Assembly (NCBI GenBank): GCA_039923455.1
Contig: JBDTCS010000135.1
Span: 13,492-77,491 of the forward strand
Direction: 5' to 3'
Origin: Candidatus Kapaibacterium sp.
GTDB taxonomy: Bacteria; Bacteroidota; Ignavibacteria; Palsa-1295
Length of the DNA: 64,000 nucleotides
Part shown: piece after piece, positions 19,862-29,022 of the stretch
How positions within the stretch are numbered: position 1 is the first letter of the stretch
How the letters are laid out: every line of letters begins with the position of its first letter
Notes under the pieces: generated by a model
Seen by the model: only the letters and a program-made list of their open reading frames with translations
Told to the model about the DNA's origin: nothing
Database searches by the model: none
Position numbers and translations under genes: made by a program

Positions 19862-22800
19862 TTGCATTCATTGTTTCTTTCTGTCTTCCTGCTTCTCGTG
19901 CTGGTGAGTGGCCGTCCACTCTTCGCGCAAGGCGGTATTCCATCCGATGTCCGATATTTCTTTATCGGATGGATGCCCGGCCTTATTCACGTGCCATATT
20001 TCAGTAATGTTACGGAGTCCTATTGGGTCCTTGTTGGATCCTATGCAGACAACAACGTTGTAACTATTTCCTACTTCGACGACAATGGTGTCGAGACGAG
20101 TGGCCCAACGATGATCCTGAGTAAGGGTCGCGTGTGGCAGCAAGCGCTCGATCGCAATCACATGCGTCCGACGAAGCCCGGCGAAGTGCCGGAATTCAAA
20201 GCTGCACGTATTCGTGCAAAATATCCTGTCAGCGTGCAGTGCTACAGCGAAGGCTCCGCCACCGGTGGAATGTTGCAGGCTATCCCGACTCCCGCACTGG
20301 GAAAAAAATATGTAGCCGCTGCTTGGGTAGACAACCCGATTCAGAGCAACCCGGGATTTATCAATCGTGATTCGGCAAGTTCCGAATTCATGGTTATCGC
20401 GCCGTATGATCACACAACGGTGACATTCACACCTGCATCCACAACATGCGCGGGCATCATCGGTGTTAACTCCGGTCAAGGGGCAACAGGCACACCGCAT
20501 CCGCAGACGGTTGTATTGCGTCGCGGGCAGATCTATTGGGTGCGCTCACACTCGATCGATCCATCGTATGATATGTCGGGTTCGTTGATTGTTTCGGATA
20601 AACCGGTTGCAGTTATCGCTGGCCACGAGCGCGCGCTGCTCGGTGATCCTTCGGGAATCTGGACAACACTCGATAACGACACACGCGATTTGATGATCGA
20701 GCAGATGACACCTGTCGAAGATTGGGAGTCGGAATATCCTTCAGCGCCTTTTGTGTCACCACCAAAAATCACCAGATTGCTCGTCAATGGTACGGGTGAT
20801 ATGTACAGAGTATATAGTGCAGATCCGAGCGGCAGCCAAGTGGATGCATGGATCGGTGGAAATATTTCGCCCTACACACTCGGGCTTTCGATGTACCAAA
20901 ATCCTATTCCTCATTACGACAACGTGATCGCACCTGTCGATCTTGTTGCCCACGATGGGAAAAAGATTTATGTCGTGATGTATGATTATTTCCAAGGACA
21001 GCACGATTTTGATCCGGGTGAAAAGACGAAGGACAAGGGTCATGATTCGACGACTTCTTCCGGCAATGGCGGAGGACAAACGCTCGACGAAACAACCTAC
21101 ACGTGCCCGAACGAAATGAACGTCGTGCCTGCAAATCGCTGGCGCAAAGATGCGGTTTGGAAAGTGCCGAACAATTCGCACTACCGCGGTTATCAGTTCA
21201 TCAACGTTATTACCTATCGTGATTCGATCGCAAAGTTGTTCTTGAGCAAAAATGGAGCACCCGGTACACCACTTTCTTCCTGGCCGTATGTCGGTAGCTT
21301 CTCTATCCCGTTGCATCCGGAATATATCGCTGTTCGTGTCAAACTTCCGGCTGCAGATTATTCTATGACGGCGAACACCCCGTTTGTAGTCTATAGCTAT
21401 GGTCGCACAGAGACGGAGTATAAAGACGGCTGGGGCTATGCTGCTCCGTGCGGACAAGCCTACGGTGCACACGACGAGAATAACAAGCCACGTATGGACG
21501 TCACACCTGATTGTTCTTCGTGGGGTGTAAGAATCTATGACTCGCGTCCGGGTGATGATGGAATCGCGGACATTGTATTGCTCGATGATGCGCAAGGTAT
21601 CTACGCGCGTCCGGGTCGCGTGAGCTATAACACTCGCTTGAACCCGACGGACCCGAACTTCGTCGCTGGCGATACTTCCGTATTGTTCCGTGTCGAGGTT
21701 ATCAACCCATTGTTAGATGCCTACGCTGCGATCTATACCGTGGATAAGGCCGGAAACGATACCGTGTTTGAGTTGCGCTACATCGCACCAAAGGTAACGT
21801 TTACTCCGACAAGCACGAGCGCACTTATGACGACTGTTGGTGCAGATTCGGTTACTCGATTTGTATTCCACAACAATTCGATTAAGGGGGGAGCACCGAT
21901 CGTAATCACCGATGCCAACTTCAAGTTAACGGATCCGTCATTCAAGATCACCTCAACGGTGCCGAGTATCCCGGCAACTCTAAAAGGTGGCGATTCGATC
22001 GTTATAAATGTAACATATACAGCGAGCGATACAGGAGTTGTGCATCTCGATAGTCTCTATCTGGTAACTGCGAATTGCTTCAATGATACTGTCGCAGTCA
22101 TCGGCTCCGGCGCTACGCCGATCATCGAGGCAACCGATATTGATTTCGGTGCTGTGCTCGTTGATAGCACGAAGTGCAAAGTGCTTACGGTAAAGAATGT
22201 TGGAAATGCAAACCTGATCATCGACAAGAATTGGGTGCTGCACAATGTTACGGAGTTCACCTTCGGGGATTACGCAGTGCTTCCGATCACATTGCGTCCG
22301 GGCGCATCGACAAAGCTTTCCTTCTGCTATACACCGCATAAGGTTGGCAATGACTCTACGAATCAGGATTGGGGTACCAATCTGCATGAACCATTCATGC
22401 ACAAGAATAAAGATTTCTCTGTGCTGATCGGTCGTGCAGTCAAGCCTGGCGTGCTTTGGGATCGTCTCAAGCAACCGTACGCCGTCGTCTGCCAACGCTC
22501 CGACACTGTTCGTATCTGGCTCTATAATAACACCTCTTCACAAAACGGTGCAACCGAGCACGTGAAGACAGTGCTTATCGAAGGCGCAGATGCTGCACAG
22601 TTCACCATGTGGAGAAATCAGCTCAACCTGACTCCGCTCGGTAACTTTGATATGGCTGTCGGCGATAGCATTTGGGTAGATCTGATCTTCACTCCGGATC
22701 TTGCAAAGGGTTTTGCACAACGTCACGCAACGCTTACGGCATATAACGCGACGCAGTCGAGTCCGTATGTAGATATCAGCGCAAACGTTACGCATGCAAA

Positions 22801-24217
22801 TCTGACAGGAAGTGTCACATCAATCAACTTCGGCGTAGTACAACCGGGTGTTGCTGTACCAATGCCATTGAAGATAACGAATTCGGGTGACGCTGATTTT
22901 ACCGTCGTAACAATGACGATGAGCGACCCAGTCACATTCGTAGCTACTGGGCTCAAAGTTGGCGATGTTATTCCGGCTGGTGCAAGTGTGAACGTGACCA
23001 TCACAGGTACGCTCGCTTCGAGTGGATCTGTTTCGGGAACACTTAGCATCACTGGTTCGGATAACTGCGCTTCGCTCAGTTTACCACTGACGATGGCGGC
23101 TGATTATGTTTCTGTACTCGGAACGGGCAATACCTTCCCCGAGACATTCATCAACTGCCGACACAGTGATGGAAGCGCCTACGCAACGAATAAGGGCACG
23201 CGAAATGTGAAGTTAGTGCAAGCGATTATCACTGGCGATGCCACGCATCCGAATGCGGATCAATTCGTCTTCGCAGACGGCTCGACAACCATGGTCGTCA
23301 ATCGCATATTGAAGCCAGGCGACACCGCAGTCTTCAATCTGAAGTTCTTGCCAACGAAGACCAAGAATCTTAGCGCAGTCATCGAGTACACGTGGGATAC
23401 AGCATCTGTTCCTGGATTCACATGGACATCGGATGACTATCTATCGGGGCCTGGTGCAGCGCTCGCCGATACAATTAGCGCGTTGTCGGGCGATACCAAG
23501 CCATACAGCGTGAAGACCGGCGAAGTGTTTGATGTGCCGATACACTTGACGCATCGCATGCCGACAAACTCGGAAGCCGTTGGATACACGTTCGATGTGA
23601 CATACAGACAGGATCTCTTCCATCTCGTGAGTGTCAACGTACCTGCCGGTTATCATCTGATTGGCGGATCGGGGAATGCCACCGATGATGGAAATGGCAA
23701 CGAGACTGTCTATATCAAGGCGCTCGGTGCGAATACGATCGACAATCTGGATGAAGTTGCAGTATTGCGTTTCCAACTTATGGTTGCGAAAGATTTGCAT
23801 AGCGACTTCACGGTTGCTCACGGCGCGTTCTTCGACAAGGATACCGTTGATTTGTGCTATGTTGCGACAGAGCAGATCCCGGGTAACTTCGTGCCGCAGG
23901 ATCTTTGCGGGGATAGCACGATCCGTCATAAACTCCGTACCGGAGTCATTGATGGACAGATTACGCAAGTGAAGCCGAATCCGGCGACGACTGTTGCATC
24001 TATTGAGTACGAGATCCGTCAACAGAACACACCTGTGACGATCGAACTCTATAACGTGCTTGGTGTAAAGATCCAAACCGTGCTCTCAAACGAGATGCAT
24101 GAGATCGGAGCTTATCGGGCAAACATCGATGCAAGTGAGTTGCAGAACGGTACCTACACGGTGAAGTTTTCCACCCCGGGCGGTTCGATGAATCGGATGA
24201 TCGTTGTCAGAAAGTGA
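19862..24217 (+). CDS. Giant (1451 aa) secreted adhesin-like protein with T9SS C-terminal sorting domain
   Basis: Signal peptide MHSLFLSVFLLLVLVSGRPLFAQG. Long beta-rich multidomain body. C-terminal CTD (VKPNPATTVASIEYEI..IELYNVLGVKIQTVL..LQNGTYTVKFSTPGG). Confidence 0.7.
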   Translation: MHSLFLSVFLLLVLVSGRPLFAQGGIPSDVRYFFIGWMPGLIHVPYFSNVTESYWVLVGSYADNNVVTISYFDDNGVETSGPTMILSKGRVWQQALDRNHMRPTKPGEVPEFKAARIRAKYPVSVQCYSEGSATGGMLQAIPTPALGKKYVAAAWVDNPIQSNPGFINRDSASSEFMVIAPYDHTTVTFTPASTTCAGIIGVNSGQGATGTPHPQTVVLRRGQIYWVRSHSIDPSYDMSGSLIVSDKPVAVIAGHERALLGDPSGIWTTLDNDTRDLMIEQMTPVEDWESEYPSAPFVSPPKITRLLVNGTGDMYRVYSADPSGSQVDAWIGGNISPYTLGLSMYQNPIPHYDNVIAPVDLVAHDGKKIYVVMYDYFQGQHDFDPGEKTKDKGHDSTTSSGNGGGQTLDETTYTCPNEMNVVPANRWRKDAVWKVPNNSHYRGYQFINVITYRDSIAKLFLSKNGAPGTPLSSWPYVGSFSIPLHPEYIAVRVKLPAADYSMTANTPFVVYSYGRTETEYKDGWGYAAPCGQAYGAHDENNKPRMDVTPDCSSWGVRIYDSRPGDDGIADIVLLDDAQGIYARPGRVSYNTRLNPTDPNFVAGDTSVLFRVEVINPLLDAYAAIYTVDKAGNDTVFELRYIAPKVTFTPTSTSALMTTVGADSVTRFVFHNNSIKGGAPIVITDANFKLTDPSFKITSTVPSIPATLKGGDSIVINVTYTASDTGVVHLDSLYLVTANCFNDTVAVIGSGATPIIEATDIDFGAVLVDSTKCKVLTVKNVGNANLIIDKNWVLHNVTEFTFGDYAVLPITLRPGASTKLSFCYTPHKVGNDSTNQDWGTNLHEPFMHKNKDFSVLIGRAVKPGVLWDRLKQPYAVVCQRSDTVRIWLYNNTSSQNGATEHVKTVLIEGADAAQFTMWRNQLNLTPLGNFDMAVGDSIWVDLIFTPDLAKGFAQRHATLTAYNATQSSPYVDISANVTHANLTGSVTSINFGVVQPGVAVPMPLKITNSGDADFTVVTMTMSDPVTFVATGLKVGDVIPAGASVNVTITGTLASSGSVSGTLSITGSDNCASLSLPLTMAADYVSVLGTGNTFPETFINCRHSDGSAYATNKGTRNVKLVQAIITGDATHPNADQFVFADGSTTMVVNRILKPGDTAVFNLKFLPTKTKNLSAVIEYTWDTASVPGFTWTSDDYLSGPGAALADTISALSGDTKPYSVKTGEVFDVPIHLTHRMPTNSEAVGYTFDVTYRQDLFHLVSVNVPAGYHLIGGSGNATDDGNGNETVYIKALGANTIDNLDEVAVLRFQLMVAKDLHSDFTVAHGAFFDKDTVDLCYVATEQIPGNFVPQDLCGDSTIRHKLRTGVIDGQITQVKPNPATTVASIEYEIRQQNTPVTIELYNVLGVKIQTVLSNEMHEIGAYRANIDASELQNGTYTVKFSTPGGSMNRMIVVRK

Positions 24218-24273
24218 TCGGACAACGTTCGGTAATTCCGACGAATCGTAGGAAATCGTAAGCAAATAATTAT

Positions 24274-24305
24274 CCCGTTGATCGAAAGATCGGCGGGATT
24301 TTTTT
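24274..24305 (+). terminator. Strong rho-independent terminator after the giant gene
   Basis: 10-bp stem cccgttgatc/gatcggcggg (two G-U pairs), GAAA tetraloop, then T8. Confidence 0.65.
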
Positions 24306-24337
24306 GGTGTAGATTTTTTTGGTGTAGATTTTTTTGG
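24298..24337. repeat. 15-bp tandem repeat (atttttttggtgtag; two full copies plus a partial third)
   Basis: Exact direct repetition of phased T7 tracts with a 15-bp period immediately after the terminator hairpin, between two convergent genes. Confidence 0.6.
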
Positions 24338-24367
24338 AACGAGGGATAGAGTCTTAACAAGCTGCGA

Positions 24368-25204
24368 TTAATCAGGCTCTCCGTCCTCTTCTTCGTCAGT
24401 CGGAATGCCTCGCATCTGGCGGAGGATTCTACCGGCGCGGCGCTGAATATAGGTGGTTGGCTTTGAGGCACTCCAACGAATCGGATTGGGGAGGACTGCG
24501 GCAAGTTGCGCAGATTGTTGCGGCGTAAGATCCTTAGCGTGTTTATGAAAATGAAAATTTGCTGCGGCTTCAGCTCCATAGATTCCCGGTCCGAACTCAA
24601 CGACGTTCGCATAGGTCTGAAGGATTCGATCCTTAGGCCAAATAAATTCTATCAGGAGCGTGTAATATGCTTCGACGCCTTTGCGAATAAAACTTCGCCA
24701 CGGCAGGAGAAATAAATTTTTTGCAAGCTGCTGTGATATCGTACTTGCGCCTCGCATCGGGCGATTCGGGTGTCTGGCATGTGCTCGCTGCGAATTCTCG
24801 ATCTCGACCATGTCGAACCCGTGATGTACAAAAAAGCGTTGGTCTTCGCCGGCTACAATCGCGGAGTAAAGTGAGTGAGCGACTTCATCTTTTCCAAGAT
24901 TGGTGTGCATCCAGAGAATACTCTCACCCGCAAATAGATGATCGATGCTTCGAAAGATCATCATCGCTGTGAAGGGGGGATTGATGAACCGCAGCATCGC
25001 GACTTGCACTATCGGTATCACGAGCGCGAGCACCGTGATCTTCCAAGCATACGAAAAGAGCTTTCGAAGGTTGATTGAACCCAACCTTGAGGCTTTTACC
25101 TTCGCGGATTCTTCAACGGGCGGGGCTCCACTTGGTTGCGGATCCGTTGTTCGGGTTGCGGATGCGGATGATCGTTCGTTCACGTATTTTTTCAACGTTT
25201 GCAA
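24368..25204 (-). CDS. mtgA: Monofunctional biosynthetic peptidoglycan transglycosylase (GT51)
   Basis: N-terminal TM helix then GT51 motifs (..EDQRFFVHHGFD....TISQQLAKNLFL...RKGVEAYYTLLIE..ILQTYANVVEFG..GAEAAANFHFHK..AAVLPNP); 278 aa. Confidence 0.8.
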   Translation of the reverse strand: MQTLKKYVNERSSASATRTTDPQPSGAPPVEESAKVKASRLGSINLRKLFSYAWKITVLALVIPIVQVAMLRFINPPFTAMMIFRSIDHLFAGESILWMHTNLGKDEVAHSLYSAIVAGEDQRFFVHHGFDMVEIENSQRAHARHPNRPMRGASTISQQLAKNLFLLPWRSFIRKGVEAYYTLLIEFIWPKDRILQTYANVVEFGPGIYGAEAAANFHFHKHAKDLTPQQSAQLAAVLPNPIRWSASKPTTYIQRRAGRILRQMRGIPTDEEEDGEPD

Positions 25205-25209
25205 GAATA

Positions 25210-26445
25210 ATGCTGAGAATCCCTGAGGAGTACATCCGAGCCTTAGAAGAGGTTCTCCATACTTCGCTCGTGAGTGAGGTGAATGGAAACCGGAGGAACT
25301 CGGCGTTTGAGCGAAGAATCGCGCCGTTCGTTTCGCAGATCACATCCGGCTTAACAAAAGGGCATTCCGATTTTGTGGCAACGAAATATCTTCGCGAGCG
25401 AGAACTGCGTGAAGCGTATCTCGCGTACTTCATGACGACGAACGTTCTGAAGATATGGCAACCCCTCCGTGAACTTGCGGTGTCAGGATTCTTTGACACA
25501 CCTCACCCGCTTTCGCTGCTCGATCTTGGAACAGGCACAGGCACTGCAGTTTGGGGAGTGCTGCTATTTCTCCTCCATGAGAAAAGTTGGACGAAGGAGC
25601 AATTTGGTACGGCTTCGTTTTTGGCAACGGATTCGGTTAGCGAAAACTTGCATATCGCTCGCGAGTTCTGCGTAGCCTTGAAAAATGCGGCACCATCTAT
25701 AAGCAAGGTTACCGTCGCCTTTGAGGCGCTCGATATTTCCAATCACTCGAAGATCGCAAAATTAGTGAGTGGACACGCACCCTTTCGTTTGATCACAATG
25801 ATGAATGTGCTGAACGAGGTGGATGAAGTTGGCGATGATTCGTTGATAGCGACTTTGCTTAGCGTGTTAGCGCCTGATGGTGCGCTCGTATGGATAGAGC
25901 CAGCCTCACGTGAATTATCGCGAAGAGCACTCCGATTTCGCGATCGTCTCACGAAGCATCAAGCCTTTATTTTTGCTCCATGTCTCCGAAGCTTGGATTG
26001 CCCCGCGCTCGAAGTAGAGAATAATTGGTGTCACACCGAAGTGAAGTGGGAGCGACCTGAGTTTATTCGCCAGATTGATGATCTCACCGGAAATCTGAGA
26101 CTTTCTATAAAGTCAACGTACGGGGTGGCCCTAAGACAAGATAAGCATTTGACGGATGCACTTTTGGGCAAACGCGATCTTCTGGACGCAGGGAGAGTCG
26201 TGAGCGAAGTATTTCATGAAAAAGGGCGAGATCGGGTGTTCGTCTGTAATGAATCAGGTCGAGAGGAGTATGTACTGAACAAGCGGGATCGAAATCCGGA
26301 TAACTCGGACCTGAAGGAATCGGAGCGCTACGACATAGTGGAATTCACGAATTTGGAGCGCCGGGAGCATGATGTGAAAGTGGGGGAAAATGGTTTTTTC
26401 AACATTAAAACCGTCCATTCGGGAGCACGGAGTGTTGATAAGTAG
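25210..26445 (+). CDS. SAM-dependent methyltransferase, Rsm22-like (small ribosomal subunit methyltransferase family)
   Basis: Class-I MTase glycine motif LLDLGTGTGTAVWG and overall resemblance to Rsm22/COG5459 proteins. The ATG at 25210 was chosen; the ORF is open from 25075 and its start lies 5 bp from the divergent mtgA start. Confidence 0.5.
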   Translation: MLRIPEEYIRALEEVLHTSLVSEVNGNRRNSAFERRIAPFVSQITSGLTKGHSDFVATKYLRERELREAYLAYFMTTNVLKIWQPLRELAVSGFFDTPHPLSLLDLGTGTGTAVWGVLLFLLHEKSWTKEQFGTASFLATDSVSENLHIAREFCVALKNAAPSISKVTVAFEALDISNHSKIAKLVSGHAPFRLITMMNVLNEVDEVGDDSLIATLLSVLAPDGALVWIEPASRELSRRALRFRDRLTKHQAFIFAPCLRSLDCPALEVENNWCHTEVKWERPEFIRQIDDLTGNLRLSIKSTYGVALRQDKHLTDALLGKRDLLDAGRVVSEVFHEKGRDRVFVCNESGREEYVLNKRDRNPDNSDLKESERYDIVEFTNLERREHDVKVGENGFFNIKTVHSGARSVDK

Positions 26446-27361
26446 AGATTTTGGGTAGGAAATTGGAGAAAAGTGTGATTTTATTCCATTTTTTCTTTCG
26501 TTTCGCTTGTTTTTAGCTTTTTATTTGTGCATATTTGTCCACCGCTATTGATGGTGCACCTGTGGATATCTGGTGGGAGCACTAAAAAGTAGTTTTTAGC
26601 GGTAGGAGGCCGGTTCACAAACCGCTCCGCTTTTGAATCAGGGACAAACCTGGCTACCTAATGATCGCAACTCTTGATCGCCTTATGGTACTTGCGCAGA
26701 AATTGCGTGATGCCGAGAAACATAGCGAACGGGATCCAATATACGTGGCTCTGGAATTGAACGAGCTCCATGTTTTGACTCGTCTCGTTGAAGACTATCT
26801 GGGCGACGTGGATTCTTTTTCCCCACGCTCCTCCAATAATCTGTCGTCTTCGTTCGACTGATTCCTCGTCGGTGATTGATTCGTCAACCGATCTGGAAAA
26901 GCTGATCTGGGCGCAAGATCCGTCATAACTATAAAAAATCTCCAGTTTCCTGGTAGTGAGGGTTAGCCGCAGGCGTCTTCGCCGAAGTACCTCGAATCGG
27001 CATAGTTTCCGCTCGGAATTATGACAATTCGGTGCACGTTGAAATTATGGTGCAAATTACCCAGGAGCACAAGCAAGGCAATAATTTGATGCCCTACCGC
27101 AGATTGTATCGATTGGCGTTCCGATGTGTTGTGTTGTGTGACAAGTTCTTTTAAATTGTTCCAAAATCGGATCACATTCGGTCATGCATCAAGGCGGAAC
27201 GGCAGCGCGGGAGTAAATGCCCCAATATATTTCTTTTCGCTGAGTCTTTTTTGTCGCGCTTCGGTCGAGGGGCGTGTCTCTTTATAGGTGGTGTGGTGTG
27301 CCGTGTTCAGGCTATGCGTCAGATAGCGTTATCACGAGGTCTATAAAACGAAGAAATCACT

Positions 27362-28933
27362 ATGGATCGCCGATCTTTCCTAACACTCTTTAATGGTTCG
27401 CAAGGGACAGAATACGTCCCAGCAAGTTCATTGCCTCGTCCGGAGAGTACAGGCCTCGAAGCATACGTTCCGAGTGCGAATGCACCTTGGGATGCGATCA
27501 GAGCTGGGCACCTCCTGCGTCGAACGACGATGCTTCCCCGCTGGGCAGATATTGGCACTGTGTTAGCGATGAGTCCGTCGGCCGCAGTGGACGTTCTGTT
27601 GAACACTTCGAGTGTGCCTGCCGAGCCTTCGATGGCAAATCACGACACATCCAGCGAAGCGGGGTTGAACAACACACTGATTGCACAGCTTCAAGCCACT
27701 TGGGCGCAGGATGCAGCAACCTTGCGCAAATGGTGGTCAGCGACCATGCGAGATTCCGGACTCTCGATCGTCGAAAAACTTACCATGTTCTGGAGTGGTC
27801 ACTTCACCTCTGAGTTCTTAGCCAGTGGTTCTTACGTTCTTGCAACACTGCTGTATCGACAAAACAAGATGCTTCGCGAGAACGGGCTCAAAAATTTTCA
27901 GGATCTTACATTCTACGTTACGCTAGATGGTGCGATGCTCGTCTATCTGGGTGGCAATCTAAATACGAAGGGCGCACCAAATGAGAACTATGCTCGTGAG
28001 GTGATGGAGCTCTTCACGATGGGACTCGGATGGTACACCGAAGGAGATATCCATAACGCCGCACGGGTGCTGACCGGTTGGAAGGTTGGTCAGTACAACA
28101 ACGAGCTCGCACTCAACGGAATTTTTAACCCGTACTTCTGGCCGGCAGATCACGATACGGAGAATAAACAATTCCTGGGCGTCACTATTCCAGCTCGCGA
28201 TGCCACCACGAACACGGAGTTCTTAGTCAAAAAGGATGAGATTCGATTACTAACCGACACTATATTTCAGGTGCGGCCTCAAGCCGTTGCAAAATTTATT
28301 TGCACAAAGCTCTATAAGTTTTTTGTCTATAGCAATCCTGCGGGAACGGATGATGCAGTTATCTCTGCGATGTCCGATCTCTTCATTCAAAATAATTTTG
28401 AGATCAAGCCAGTCTTGAGTGCGCTTCTGAAGAGTGCTCACTTCTTTGATAATGCGAATATTGGCGCGCAGATAAAGACGCCCGCGGAATTCGTGATCGG
28501 CCTCGAGCGTCAACTTGCGCTCATCACAGATGTCTCGACGAGTATGAGCCCGCTCGGGCAATTGCTATTCGATCCACCGAATGTAAGCGGCTGGCCTGGC
28601 TATCACGATTGGATCACGACAAATACATTTCCCGTTCGCTCCGACCTTGCCACAAGTGTTGTTGCCTCGATGGATGACACCTCAACGATGGCGTTCATTC
28701 AGCAGTTTGCAAATTATAAGGACCCGAATGGCTTGATCGATAGTGTTGCGGCGCTACTGTTGCCGCGCCCACTTTCGAAAGATCGTAAGGATGCGCTTGT
28801 CGGAAAATTGCTCGCTGGTGCGATGCCAAATGAATGGTCTTCGATCCTACTCACGAGCACCGCGACTGCAGCACGTAACATGCGCGACGTCCTGAACACC
28901 ATCACCGATCTTCCTGATTTCCAACTTTGCTAA
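27362..28933 (+). CDS. DUF1800 family protein (Tat-like signal)
   Basis: N-terminal RRSFL twin-arginine-like motif; 523 aa. Immediately upstream of a DUF1501 gene, which is the canonical DUF1800/DUF1501 gene pair. Confidence 0.6.
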   Translation: MDRRSFLTLFNGSQGTEYVPASSLPRPESTGLEAYVPSANAPWDAIRAGHLLRRTTMLPRWADIGTVLAMSPSAAVDVLLNTSSVPAEPSMANHDTSSEAGLNNTLIAQLQATWAQDAATLRKWWSATMRDSGLSIVEKLTMFWSGHFTSEFLASGSYVLATLLYRQNKMLRENGLKNFQDLTFYVTLDGAMLVYLGGNLNTKGAPNENYAREVMELFTMGLGWYTEGDIHNAARVLTGWKVGQYNNELALNGIFNPYFWPADHDTENKQFLGVTIPARDATTNTEFLVKKDEIRLLTDTIFQVRPQAVAKFICTKLYKFFVYSNPAGTDDAVISAMSDLFIQNNFEIKPVLSALLKSAHFFDNANIGAQIKTPAEFVIGLERQLALITDVSTSMSPLGQLLFDPPNVSGWPGYHDWITTNTFPVRSDLATSVVASMDDTSTMAFIQQFANYKDPNGLIDSVAALLLPRPLSKDRKDALVGKLLAGAMPNEWSSILLTSTATAARNMRDVLNTITDLPDFQLC

Positions 28934-29022
28934 ATCTGCCTTTTGGGGAATAGGAAATTAGGGTGTCGCCAAATCTACAAATGTTTTTTATAGAAGAATT
29001 TATTGACTGATCGTTACCGCCT

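Noticed and set aside
24298-24337. CRISPR array
   Set aside because: Only 15-bp units with no spacers, and no cas genes anywhere in the window.
26661-26861. 66-aa ORF as a confident gene
   Set aside because: No ribosome-binding signal, no homolog recognised, and it lies in an AT-rich gap. Mentioned only inside a finding.
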